This document shows, piece after piece, positions 1 through 12,080 of a stretch of 64,000 bases of DNA (the first letter of the stretch is position 1; each line of letters opens with the position of its first letter). The translations under genes and the position numbers were made by a program. Source of the stretch: Sphaerodactylus townsendi (taxonomy: Eukaryota). The notes beneath the pieces were generated by a model that saw only the letters and a list, made by a program, of their open reading frames with translations, did not search any database and had not been told where the DNA came from. The stretch covers positions 88,970,001 to 89,034,000 of the forward strand of contig NC_059427.1 of the NCBI RefSeq assembly GCF_021028975.2. Direction: 5' to 3'.

Positions 1-469
1 AACCTTAGCTAAGTCGTTAAGGGCTTATGGGAAATCAAGGTCTGATCTGGCTGCCTTGTCTTCTATTCAAACCTAGCTCTGTTCATGCCTTTCTGCCCTC
101 TGATTCTGCACTAGTTCAACCATTCTGAGCATGTTACCCTCCCAGGGTCATCAAGGCAGCTAATAATTTTTTTAAATGCAATGAAATAATATTGAAATGC
201 AATGAAATGCATTCATTGCATGCAATGAAAATGCAATGAAATAATGCAATGAAACTTATTTAAAATCCACCCTTCACAAAAACACAGATCATTAAAAACA
301 CTTGTAAAATACAGATGAACATGTAAAAATAACAAATAGAACATTGGGGTCAGGAAGGAAATGCCAAATGATGCACAAAGTCTGCACTGGTTGGAAACTG
401 AAGGAAACAAATAGATTTTCCTGAGGACAGGTTTTTATCACATGCTTAGATGGTCTTATGCAAGTCACT

Positions 470-1243
470 AGTCATTTCCCCACTTTAAAAAATAATGTTG
501 AACCAAACCGCGCTCCTTTGAATCGGTGCTTTTGAGCGCGAGATCTGACTCCCCACTGCAGCTTGTCCTTGTAGTAAACCTCACGGCAGCTGCGAGCTTC
601 ATGACATGCAGCATTTCCCACACCCGTGCATTCTGTGGTCATTGGCAGGGCGCTTCTCTGTTCCGATGGGCTGGAGCGCCAGTTTGTGGATGGAACTTGG
701 CTTTAAAAAAACCCTGAAATTGTTGACTAAACATCGACACACACAGTTGTCATTGCAAATTGAACCAATGCCTTTTTTCCTTTTTTTTAAAAAAAGGTTT
801 TTGATTGGCTGTTGTGCTGCAGTGTGAAAATTTGCAGAACACGGAAGTCCCCGCTTTCCTTTCTCCTCCATTTCATGAGATGAATGTTCTGAATGAACAA
901 TGAATGTTCTGAATGAACAATGAATGTTCTGAATGAACAATGAAAATAAGCTGTGTCTGCGTGCGCTCGAAGCGACATACAGGCAAATGATTTCCTGGTT
1001 TTAAAAATGGGAAAATCAAACCCGCAGTGACCCCCAGCTTCCCCACTGCCTCGCTCTCCCCCGCGGTCGCCACAGGGTTTTCAGAAAGGTTGCGCGACCA
1101 TCCAGGGGGAGAAATGACGCGCACTGAGAGGACAGAGAGCAGCAGAGTCGGGGTTGCTGCCACTTAGGTAGTGGGGAATGTATCAGGCCCCCAGTTTATT
1201 TGCCGCAACTACCGCGCAACAAGAGGTGAGTGCGGAAACGACC
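470..1243. mobile_element. PIF/Harbinger-type non-autonomous DNA transposon
   Basis: Imperfect TIRs agtcatttccccact / agtgcggaaacgacc, 3-bp TSD ACT (467-469, 1244-1246). Internal 20-nt tandem repeat tgaatgttctgaatgaacaa x3 at 881-940. Confidence 0.7.
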
Positions 1244-2277
1244 ACTGTTGTCTCAGCCATCATCCTCTATCTGAAACATGAAGATGATGATAATGGCCTA
1301 CTTTGCAGGGTTATTGTATGCACAAACAGAATCAATGGAAAGAATCTGGAATAGTTCATGTGTAAGAATTCTTTTAATCCATTAGCCCTCATTGTGCTAC
1401 TACACAATAATAATCAGTTCTTCCAAAATATTCCTTATGTTTGTGGAAGGGACTCTTCTCCGTGCAATCAAATGTTGCATTCTAAACAGAAGCCACACTT
1501 CAGCATTAATCAAGAATTGGTAATACAAAGTGGCCATTCTTGTTTTTTTTTTTAGCTTGACAGCTGGAGGCAGTCTTTCATAACAGCAAAAAAAAGCCAT
1601 TTGTGCAGAGACGCTGTCAAACTGTATCATGGTTCATCTTAGTATTGAACTGCTTGTGTACTGTGCAGCTGCTCACGTGAAATAAAACCAGGCAGTAGTT
1701 CTATAAGATAATGCTGCCATGTAAAAAATATTTTGAAATGTTTTAATGATGGCAATTTACACCTGATATAACTACAGCTACATTCTTTTGGAAAAGCATC
1801 AGGCAGTTAATCTCTTTTGAACAGTGCTTCTCAAAGGAGCAGGTGACAAGAACTTTAGTATAAATAACAATTATATGTTTTAAATTCAGTTAGACTGCCT
1901 TAATAAGGGCACTAATAGATGCTAAAAGTGTGGGCTGATGGAAAAAGGTTGCACATGTTGTTAGTCAAATAGCATTCAAAATGATTTGTAGATCATGAAA
2001 AGATTTGGCAAAGTGAATTAAAATCCTGCAACAACATCCCCACATCAAAACACATGCCATTGTTAAATTATATTTTTAGTTGCAGTAATATGGAACCATA
2101 AAATTACTCCCAGGAAATAAGCCCTATTTATAAGCATCTACTTGAAAGCTTCTGCACAAAATTATATTTTTGTCAAGCAGTTTTGTTCCTGAATTCCTCT
2201 GGAATTATTATGTACTGATATAATTTTTTTTAAAATTAACCTTCTCTGTATTATTGGAGAAATTACATATCTTCAAA

Positions 2278-2456
2278 TGCAATGTCAGGAAGTTCTTCCT
2301 AATGCTTAGGTGGAATCTCTTCTCCATATTAAACATACACAGCTCCTTAAATCTCTCCTCATAGGGCATGGATTCCAGATCTTTTACCATTTTGGTAAAT
2401 GGTAAATGGCTCCTCTGGACCCATTTCAGCTTGTCAGTATCTTTCTTGAAGTGATG
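2278..2456 (-). mobile_element. CR1 LINE ORF2 3' fragment with internal deletion
   Basis: Minus translation HFKKDTDKLKWVQR..TKMVKDLESMPYEERFKELCMFNMEKR/FHLSIRKNFLT is typical of the CR1 ORF2 C-terminus. Confidence 0.85.
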
Positions 2457-2549
2457 TTTTATATATATCCAAAGTTTGAGCAATATGCATATGGGGAATG
2501 GGTATCAGATACCTTTCTAAATATTAAATATGTATCATTTTTCTTACAG

Positions 2550-2583
2550 GGATCCAGAAGCTTTGATGTCACAAGAAGAAAAG
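2550..2583 (+). CDS. FSTL4: 34-nt internal coding exon, probable exon 3 of follistatin-like 4
   Basis: Acceptor tcatttttcttacag| at 2549 and donor AAG|gtaagt at 2584. Frame 0 reads GSRSFDVTRRK+G (phase 0 in, phase 1 out), matching the recalled human FSTL4 34-nt exon EPRSFEVTRRE-G. Identification is from memory and rests on 11 aa. Confidence 0.85.
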
Positions 2584-5334
2584 GTAAGTGAGCAGCAGTT
2601 TTTTTTCCCTCTGTAAATTTGTAACCATTGAGTAATATTCTCATACGTTGTTTCAGAAAAAATGATCTTCCAAGGTTTAAATAGGCTTCTTCTTTCAAAT
2701 GCTGAATGCTTACTAAGTAAGCGAAGTAAAATATAGAAAAACATATCAGTTTTAAATGTTCTCCAGATGTTTGCCTGAAACAATAGCTTTTCGTTAGAGT
2801 ATTTGCTGTGTTGGGTTGTTTTCATGGATGAAACTTTATACTGTATTGGTTTTTAACAAATAGACTTCATTTGGGAAATAGACTTCATATAACTTCATTA
2901 CTATAGATATTTGTGGAACTTATATAAAAAGTGTAACATTTATGATGGTTGGTATTTGGTTAACTCTCTTGTCCCCACCAACACACACCTTTTCCACACC
3001 ATGCCTCTAATCTAAATAAAGATCTCCTTGGAGAAGTCCTTGGAGGAACTTATTTAGAGGAAAAAATAATTTGTAAAGCTACTCACAGGTCTGTTATCAA
3101 GTCTGTTATCAAGTCTAGTTTGGAAGTGACAGCATAAACTCTGATGTTCATTTGTTCAGTGCTTCTGTATAGAGATTTTCTGTTACGATGATCTGACATA
3201 TTAATTAATTTAACTTTATCCAACTGTAATGTTTCCAGCTTTTAAAATGGAAAGCAAATTTCAACAACTAAGAAGAAATCTTGATCCAAGTAACTTGCAA
3301 AGATTTCTCTAGTAGGTTTGTTTTACAATATTGTGGTGTGCAGAAAGATCCTATAACAGGCATCTTGGTTTCATCTTGGTTTCATAGTTTAATTGAAAGT
3401 GGTTTAACAAAGAGAGGTGCTGGACTAGAGAAACTTTATGGGAAATGAGATTTGTTTGTAAATGTTGCCTGTAAAGATGCTAGACTAGTTACAAAAGAAA
3501 CATGATTATAGTTGGCATGTTTGGCTTATGTTACCAAATCCCCTTTGTATTTTCCCTCTTGCTCCAAGACTTGATAAAAACAGAGAGGATTATATATTAG
3601 AACATGCTGTATGTTGTAATCATAACCAGTGTCTATCTGAACCCTGTTGCAGTGAAGAACTATTCACTTCATTTCTCTTTCCCTTTCACTGGAGAGAGGG
3701 AAGCCAACAGAACAAGTAAAGAAAGCAGCTGTTTTAATTCAGCATTTGTCAATTGCCTCTCAAATTGAAACCAAAAAACTTATTGGCAAACTATCCCAGA
3801 CAGTTGTGTGATTGCTTTGTGATTGATGACTGTCTAAAGACTCGAAGAAGCCGTGAGGTGCTGACTAATAGCAACCATCTTTAAAACATATATACATCCC
3901 TGCAAGCATGTGGTTGAAGCCAGTAGACTGAAACGTAGCGAGGGAAAAGTGAACAGGTGACAGACAATAGAAACAATAACTGGTAACAACATACGGTTGG
4001 TTGTACGCAAATTGTCATGGACCAAATTGGAACAATATGTTCATGAATCTGTAAAGGTGAATATCCTTAGATTTTTCTGTTCCATTATTAATTGGCAGCT
4101 GGCTTGAGCTGTTCTTTATTAATCGGCAGCTGGCTGAAGATCAGCCATCAAAGATCTTCTGTTTACTGCTTAACTTATGGTTTTGTTTAGCAGATGTTTT
4201 CTGGAATGTCTAATCAATCTCTGTACAAATGTGAAGTGGAAAACTGTTCTTCATTAAACAGATTGCTACAATTCCCAGTACTGTTTACAAAGCATTTTGA
4301 ATTAGGCTGTAAAACATCAGGGAGACATACTTCCTTGTAATTAAAGGGTACCATGTGGGCATGTATGCTGCTATTGTATGTCCACTGCAATTGGTTCAAA
4401 TAAGAGAGAAGGCAGACAGCTATGACTCGTTAAAACAGGATTGTATTGAACTCCAAAAAAATCACTCTTTTAATATTGCTTTGCTATACATAGTCCAGCA
4501 AGCAGATCAACAGTGTGTTGCCAAAGTTACTCAAGTTTGTCAGTGCAGCATCTTCCCCCACCTCCTGATCATACACCTTTTTTTAAATGAGGCTGCCTTT
4601 AATCTGTGGAAGATTAGGATTGGTGTTGTAGGCATTGCCACCTTCAAATCTATACGTGCAGTATAGCTGCTTAGTATAGCCATCCTTGCCCATGAAGCAC
4701 ACATTTATTATTTGTGTTCTGTTGTGGTCTCTTGTCAACTTGTTTTTGCAGATTTTCTTACCATTTCAAGTCTACCTTAATAAACCTGAAGCTGTAAGTG
4801 TGCTGTGATGATAAATGCATAGTCTTTTCCATACTCACATACGGAAATAAGGGCATGTATAAGGGCATGTTTGCTCAAAGTGCACTGTATAATTTATTTT
4901 AAACCAAAATATTAATGCTTAACTATCTATAGATTTCTCTGGTTAGCCAACCTTCCAAAGTGATGGAAGTATAGTGTTTTTTTAATTGTGAATGTTCTAC
5001 TCAAAAAAAGGCTCACATATTTCCTATATAATTAAAGTCCACTCAAGTAAAGCAGTATCTCAATTCCTGTACAGTTCACAAATCCATTTATGCAAAGACT
5101 TCCATCCCTTGGGATCAGTTCTGTCTACATTTCCTAGATGTGTATTTGGTGTTCTTCATTGTGCACCAAATTAAATTCCTAAAATAGAATCAGGACATGT
5201 GCCATTTGAAGTTCATAGCTATTTTATGCTATATGTTTTTAGCTCACACTAAACCTTAATTCATTTGAATCAACTCCCTTAATTCTCTCTGATAGCTTCT
5301 GATCAGGTTGGGTAGATGTGGTTGAGAATAAAAT

Positions 5335-5420
5335 TTTATTTATTTTATTTATTTTTTATTTCTTGGATTTTTATACCGCCCCATCCCTGAAGGGCTCTGG
5401 GCGGTGTACAACATAAAATC
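5335..5420 (-). mobile_element. L2 3' terminal fragment
   Basis: Same 3' stem-loop (ccgccc...gggcggtgtacaac) and (TAAA)n tail as the long L2 at 17871. Confidence 0.7.
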
Positions 5421-5565
5421 CATACAGCATCAGATAAAATTCAACTTCTTAACTTCTCCCCCATAGCAATATGCCATCTTGGATTATCGAGTGCTAGAGA
5501 AACACTTAAACAACTGATCAGGAATACAGCTCTTTAGACTGATAGAGCTCAGGCACACCTCTACC

Positions 5566-5700
5566 CAGTGGTGGGATTCAAATAATTTAACAACCGGTTC
5601 TGGTGGTGGAATTCAAATAATTTAACAACTGGTTGTTTACAAGCACCATTTACCAACCGGTTCTGCTGATGTGGTGCAAACCTGCTGAATCCCCCCACTG
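5566..5700. mobile_element. hAT MITE (CAGTGGTGGGATTCA termini)
   Basis: TIRs cagtggtgggattca / tgaatccccccactg and a perfect 8-bp TSD cctctacc. Confidence 0.9.
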
Positions 5701-6860
5701 CCTCTACCCAAGAATTGTAGGGAAATCACAGGCAAAAAATTGTGACAGTGAACTACCTTGAGACTTCAGAATCCCCCAAATACTGAAGAGCTTTCACCTA
5801 GTCCATTTGAACTGCCAGCTCTCAGCAATGCATCTGTGTTCCAGTCAATTGAATGCAGCCAAAACTGTGGAACATATTGTATTGTCTATTTTATAAGGAC
5901 ACCTGTTCCACATATTTCACCCCTTCTCTATCTAAGGGTCCAGAAAGATCTGGGAAATTCTACACATATTTCCTCCTTGTAAATCACTCCCGTGAGACTG
6001 CCTCTAAAGTGGCCAAATTCTGTGCTGAGACTGGGTCCATTATAAAGCAGATATTCCAAACATTTTAATAATTTTAATGTATAATTAATTAGAACACAAT
6101 AAGGTTATGAATTTTAATTTCTGTATATTAATTTTGTATGTAAGTTGAGCAATTAAATTGATATTGACTGATCTTTTGGTCATAATAATTGTTGATTGAA
6201 TGAAACTGTGAATAGCCATTGGGTTGGTTCTGTGTGGGCAGTTATGCTATCCTTATGCAATGAATTTGGAAAGAACTAATAACTGAAAGGAGCAGAAACA
6301 CTGAAATATCCCCTCCAGTATTCACAGTTGCACTTGTCCTATTCTGTTAAATCATGCCTGCTTTCATAAAACACTTTTTCCAATACCATTTGTCAAAGCA
6401 AGCATCCTGAATTGTAGACAGCCGCACAAATACTAGATGTGAAGAGATTCTTCAGTGCCAACCTGAACTATGTCTATCTGTAATCAAAGTGCATTTGGAG
6501 ATTTACAAGCAGTGGCACTGAAGTCAAGAACAGAATGTTATCAAGCTTGGTAAATAGATAGCTGGTCACAGAGAATATCCAAGAGGATTTGTTAAACTAG
6601 AGAAGGCATTTTTTTCTGTGCTTGCGGAAGATCCTGCCAGTGTCAGCCCTCAGAAATTTCCATACCAGGAGTTCCATTATAATAGGGCTATAATATATTA
6701 TACAGTACTATTATAATATATATTATAATGCCTTCTATTATAATAGGACATTACAATAGGACTATTATAATAGGACATTATAATAGGACTACTTTAAAAA
6801 AGGAAGAGGAAAAGAAACAAGTGGTCAGTTCTTGGGTGACAAAGATCTGAAGTGTTCAGT

Positions 6861-7005
6861 GTATTGTCAAAGGCTTTCACGGCCAGATTCAATTGGTTCT
6901 GGTGGGTTTTCCGGGCTGTGTGGCTGTAGTCTGGTGGATCTTGCTCCTAACGTCTCACCTGAATCTGTGGCTGGTATCTTCAGAGGTGTATCACAGAGGG
7001 AAGTC
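6861..7005 (-). mobile_element. Penelope-like element terminal (pLTR) fragment
   Basis: Begins gtattgtcaaaggctttcacggcc. Homologous to the copies at 11941-12080, 23232-23385 and 33005-33252. Contains a decayed hammerhead core on the minus strand. Confidence 0.75.
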
Positions 7006-7007
7006 AC

Positions 7008-7400
7008 AGGCCTCATCAGACTTCATCCTCCCTCAGCTCAACCCCACACGTCATGGGTGGGGCCATGGGACGCAGAAGTCTGATGAGGCATGGAGCTTCC
7101 TCAGACTTCATCCTCCCAGCCTTGGCCCTGGGGTGATGTGGCAGAAGTCTGACAAGGATCCCTCATCAGACTTCGTCCTCCATTGGCCCCACCCACATCA
7201 TCAAAGAGGATGACATTGGCGGGGCTGGGGATGGCCGAAGTCTGATGAGGCTCCATGCCTCGTCAGACTTCTGCCTCCCTCGGCCCAACTTTCTGGTCAC
7301 ATGTTGGGCTGATTTTGCGCCCCCTACGTGACGGGAATGGTTGCACCCGGGGACATAGGGTATATAATGTACCCCATGTGCCTAGGCAGATACACCTCTG
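7008..7400. mobile_element. 5'-truncated hAT-type MITE with alternating inverted 14-nt motifs
   Basis: Right end ctaggcagatacacctctg matches the end at 17354. Seven copies of cctcatcagacttc in alternating orientation. Confidence 0.6.
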
Positions 7401-7675
7401 ATGATCTCTTTGTTGATTTCCCATTCATACACAAAGTCTGTGTACACTGTAAAATTAATATACATAGCTTTAGAGCAGCTCTGTGGATCCAAATTCATTT
7501 CCCTTCCATTCTGTATGCATCCAGTCTCTCCAGGCTGAACATCTACAAAGGGTTTAAGACTACTATTTCAAATGCCCCAAACTAAAAGATAATTGAGACA
7601 AACCTTTCCTGTATTGTGCCACTTCAAACTGACTGTGTGTGGGAATCATCCAATTAAACACCTTCCACATTACAA

Positions 7676-7893
7676 AGTTGCCAAATCTTTGTTGGGAGAT
7701 TCCTGAAGAGCTGAAGTGGAGCCTGGGGATAGTGGAGTTTAGGGAGGGGAGGGTACTCCCCCACCCTCCCCCACCCTCCCCTACAATCTTCCATTCAAAG
7801 CTTCCATTTCTTATTGGGGAAGTGATCTGTGTAGTTTAGAGATCATTTGTAATTCTCAAAGACTCCAGACTCCACCTACAGGTTGGGAACCCT
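7676..7893. mobile_element. AGGGTTGCCA-terminus MITE (hAT-Blackjack-like), old copy
   Basis: Ends agttgccaa...ggttgggaaccct. Related copies at about 45920-46075, 46475-46665 and 48100-48270 (reverse). Confidence 0.5.
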
Positions 7894-9126
7894 GTTCATA
7901 TAACACTTACTACTTTCACAGAAAAATTTAGACATGGGGAGAAAGATTAGCAAAGGATTCTCTATAAGACTGATTATTTTCTTTGTAGGATTTTAAAATG
8001 GAAATATCCTGATATGTACCTGTCTCTTACTACATTCTTGAATAGTACAATTAATGTATCATTGTACTGTGTGTCCTGCGTGTTGTTGACCAGTAGTTTA
8101 AACCCTGCAGAAAACCAAGTGTGTCTGCATTGTAAAAATACCCATGTGGGAGTTGGAAAGAAAAAAAATATATGTTGCATTTATTCTTTCTAAACCCTTT
8201 CCCTCCTTTTAAATCAGGATTCTAATAAAGATTCAAAATTTCTGCTTGCATTACATTTATTTCCCATATTTTTGATATCTTCTACAGTCCAGAAATACAT
8301 AAGTCATTGAGTTTCCTTTTTTAATAAAATAATTACCAGTTAATTGTTCCAACTCATAACCATGCTGCTCATTTCTACTATCCAGGGGGTGTATTAGAAA
8401 GAGGAAGATTTTAAGTTGTGTGGTCATTAACCTTTTAATAAAACCATCCTTTTACCAAATATAGTTGCTTTTGTGGTGGTGCTTCATACGGCACTACAAT
8501 GGATTAGAGAGGAAGGCAGTTTTCAAACATGAAAGCAAAACAAATTTGTCTCCATCAAATGCCACTCATCCAGCTAATTCATTATTACATCCTTAATGAC
8601 TTGTTCCACGTAGTTAGGAACCAACCTTGCAAAGTTCTTGGAAGTCTGCAGGAGGCTCTGAATTGCTGTTCTTCGCTCCTGCTATCCTTGTGCAAAAGAC
8701 TACTTTTGACATCTTGAAAGATGCATGAATAATTGCACTAAGCTCAACAGATCTGAATTCTCAGTCTTCAACACTGGGCGGTACTTATCTGGAAATTGCA
8801 ACACTGTCATTGTCAATGAATCTACAGAATCTGGCTTAGAGACTTCAGCCACTATTATTCATTTGTTTTCAAGCAGCTCACAGTCATCCATTCAAAAAAT
8901 TGGTGTCAAATGATGATGTTTTAAGCCAGTCAGCCAAGAAATGATCAAGGCAGTTTTTCCTTCTCTGCTTATCTGTCTTAACATGAACAAATGAGATGTA
9001 TCTTGAGCTTGATAAGCAGATGAATAAGACCAAAATGTGTTGCTAGGGAAAACTGGCGAAAGTCTTTTTTAAAAATAGTGATTCCTGCCTAGGAATTAAG
9101 AGGTTGCAGTGTATTTGTCACAGTTA

Positions 9127-9430
9127 GGTGGATTCCACACGGGCGTTTTTACCGTCCCTGGGGCCCACGATGAGGCAGCACCATGCTTCCTCCTGCCCCC
9201 TGTTTTCCTGCCTTGCTCAATGAGTGATGCTTTTGGGAAACAGTGTTTCCCTGCTGGCGCCGTGCAAATGGCACTGGCTTTTCGGTGCCTCCATTTCCCC
9301 CCACAAAAACCAGCAGGGAGAGGAGGTAAGTGTGGGGAAACAAAATGGAGCCACAGAGGTGGCCATGGCTGCTCAGGGGCTACTTGCACCTCAGTGGGAA
9401 GCCGCTGTAGTAGCCTATGCAGAATCCGCC
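9127..9430. mobile_element. PIF/Harbinger MITE
   Basis: TIRs ggtggattccacacgggc / gcctatgcagaatccgcc, TSD TTA on both sides. Confidence 0.85.
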
Positions 9431-10034
9431 TTAGTTAAGCAGTTATTAGGCAGGAGCCATGGTAGAGGGACTGAGCCTTGCCGTCTCTTCCGATAGGAGG
9501 AGGCTCCTTAAGTGTCTTGGGGGGCTGAGTATTCAGATCAGTATCACCCAATGATGGCTGTTGGTTAAATAATTGTTAATGCAGCAGCTATGACTGGCAG
9601 AAAGAACCGATAAATCCAGTTTGTTAAAAATTTATTTCATATGCCAAAAGGTTTGTTGGATCTTGTACGGAGAAGAAACAGCTGCCAAGCTGGAGTGAGA
9701 TCATACACTGTGTTATTAAAATATGTAAATTGTCAAAGCTAGCACTCTTAGTTTGTGATGTTTTGACACTCTGCACAGAAATGGATTCTGAATACTATTT
9801 TGCTCCAATGAGGTTCACATCTCAAGGGAAAGTAGAATAAGGAATCTGACAAAGGTAACACTTTTTCACAGTGCTATTAGAATGAGTTTTACTTTGTGTG
9901 TGTGTGTGAGAGAGAGAGGGACAGAGGGACAGAGAAACAGAGATCAAAAGCCAGTTCCCAGCTGACCCTCCATCAGTTGCAAGTAAGTTTCTCACCTCAT
10001 CTCACATTCATTTGTCCCAGCAAAAGCTCCAGAA

Positions 10035-11381
10035 CAGGGTCGGGAACCGCTGCTCTGCAGCCGCTGCTGCTGTTCTGCTGCTCCATGAGCCAGCGCCGCT
10101 GGGTCCCATCTTCACCCCGCCTTTGTAGTGAGAGCAGGGCGTGGGCGCTTCACTGCCTCGGGCGGCCGGCTTGTGGCCGAAGCCGGGCCGGGATCCTTCA
10201 TTCGGGCCTGCAAGGGAGCAGGGCGACTTCGGCGGGCTCGCCAGGCCTTTGCTTCGCCGTGGACCCCTCTTCCTCAGCCTCTGCTCTCGCAGGCTGGCTG
10301 GCTCTCGCCTCAAGGCGGCCAGGCCGTGAGCCGCCGGAACCCTTCCTCGGCTTCTGCTTCTCCAGGCGGCGCTTACCTCGCCTCGGGCGTTTGCTGCGCC
10401 GAGCCTTCAGCTGACCCTCTTCCCCGGGCCTGCCTTTGGTGCAGGGCGGGCGCTATCACTCGGCTCGCTTACCCTGACCCTTCGCTTAATTAATTGGATT
10501 AGCAGTGGCACAGGTAGCTGGGCCCACTCCACCCTAAAGAGGGACCTCTCCTTTCCTCTTTGGATCCATTCTTCTACCAGGAGCCTGATAAGATTTATTT
10601 GTAATCTCTTTTAAGCACGGGCCACCCTTTTGCCTTTGAGGCAGTGGCTCCAGAGACTGGCATATCTCGGCATCTTTGCTTCCCCTTCAATGCCTCTGTG
10701 GTTTGCTTGGAGTTTCAAGCAAGGGCAGCGACATTATCTCTCAATTCTTAGTTCTAAATGGGCAGGACGGCCTCTTCTCGCGGACTTCTCCGACCTTTCC
10801 TGGCAGGTGCCTTAGAAGGCTCAGTTGGATGACTGTGGTGCCCTGAATAGGTATTGATTGAGGCTGTTTCTAAGGTCTCTTTTGCCCCCCCCCTGGAAGG
10901 TTTTCGCACGCTCTCCCCACAAGCCTTGGGAGAGAAGCAAGCGATGGCTCTGTTGTTGGCTGAACTTATCCTGCTTTCTGGTCCATTATGAAAGTGGACG
11001 GAGTAGGAGACGGCATTCTAGCTGCTGGGTCAGGCACCGCGTGTGGTGTCATTTGCAAGGGTTTGTTTTGGGGTGGGGGAGGGATACGGTAGTCATCAGT
11101 GCTGGAGAGGGAAGGCACGTGTCGGTTGGATGGGAAACTGTTGAAAGAGAGAGATCAAACTGTTTCTCCTGTGCTGGTGACTATTGGAGAAAACTTTTGT
11201 CAATAAAACAAACATTCCTTGCAGGGCGGGCGCCACTGCCTCGGGGCGGGTCGGCCAGGTCACGGGCTCATCTACTCCTGCCCCAGGGGTGGGAGGCATG
11301 GTGGGGCTGAAACAGCAAGTGGTGGGGAGCTGGGAGGGTGAGCCAAATGGCTCTTTGAGGGGAAAAGGTTCCCGACCCCTG
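10035..11381. mobile_element. hAT-like element with GC/CpG-rich internal cargo
   Basis: TIRs cagggtcgggaacc / ggttcccgacccctg. The 8-bp flanks match only 5/8 (ctccagaa vs gcctagaa). Confidence 0.55.
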
Positions 11382-11599
11382 GCCTAGAATATAAAGAAAT
11401 GCTGAAAGAACCCAACTCCCAGCTGATGCTGCCCAACAAGAAAACTTGTTTGATAGATGTTTTTCTTCAGTGCAAGTTGAACATATCCTTGATTGAATCT
11501 CAGTCTGATTATAAATGTTGAACAGGACATATTTGACTGCCAAAGAGGTACGCCGTGAAATTCTCAAAATTCTTACCTATGCAGGATAGGAATGCCCTT

Positions 11600-12080
11600 C
11601 ATGAAGTGGGGGCACAAAGTGGAACCACTTGCTATGCAAAGGTGTGGTTGACTGTACTGTATTGCGGAAGGGGTTTTCAGTCCATTAACATTTGTATTTA
11701 CATTTGCATTCCCTGCAGCAGCAGTAGTATTAGTGAATACAAATCCTGTGTCTCAGTGGAATCCATTGTCCATGAACCTTTCATGAACCTAGATAACCCC
11801 TCCCGCAATACAATTCAGTCAACTACACCTTTGCGTAGCAAGTTCCACCCAAACACTTACTGATTAGTTTCCAACCCTGGGACATGGACAATATATACCC
11901 TACTAAGCATTCCGTTCTTACTGAACACAGTGTGTAACTTCTCTCTGTGATACACCTCTAAAAATGCCAGCCACAGATTCAGGCAAAATGTTAGGAACCA
12001 GATCTACCAGACTATGGCCACACAGCCCGGACAACCCACAACAACCAGTTGAATCTAGCCGTGAAAGCCTTCGACAATAC
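11600..12080 (+). mobile_element. Penelope-like element 3' region with upstream hairpin
   Basis: 11941-12080 ends gtgaaagccttcgacaatac like the other pLTR copies. A 49-bp inverted repeat lies at 11627-11675/11795-11843. The 5' boundary is uncertain. Confidence 0.65.

Noticed and set aside
2551-2583. Alternative reading DPEALMSQEEK of the micro-exon
   Set aside because: I recognise no protein for it, and the other open frame matches FSTL4 in sequence, length and phase.
7011-7271. CRISPR-like array, C/D-box snoRNA or hammerhead (CTGATGA motifs)
   Set aside because: Eukaryotic context, repeats alternate in orientation with irregular spacers, there is no GAAA partner for a hammerhead, and it lies inside a MITE.
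6981-7400. Perfect 12-bp inverted pair cagaggtgtatc / gatacacctctg as a complete transposon
   Set aside because: The left copy is intrinsic Penelope sequence and the flanks give no 8-bp TSD, so the match is coincidental.
9896-11310. ORFs of 172 and 150 aa
   Set aside because: GC-rich, stop-poor repeat cargo with overlapping ORFs on both strands and no recognisable domain.
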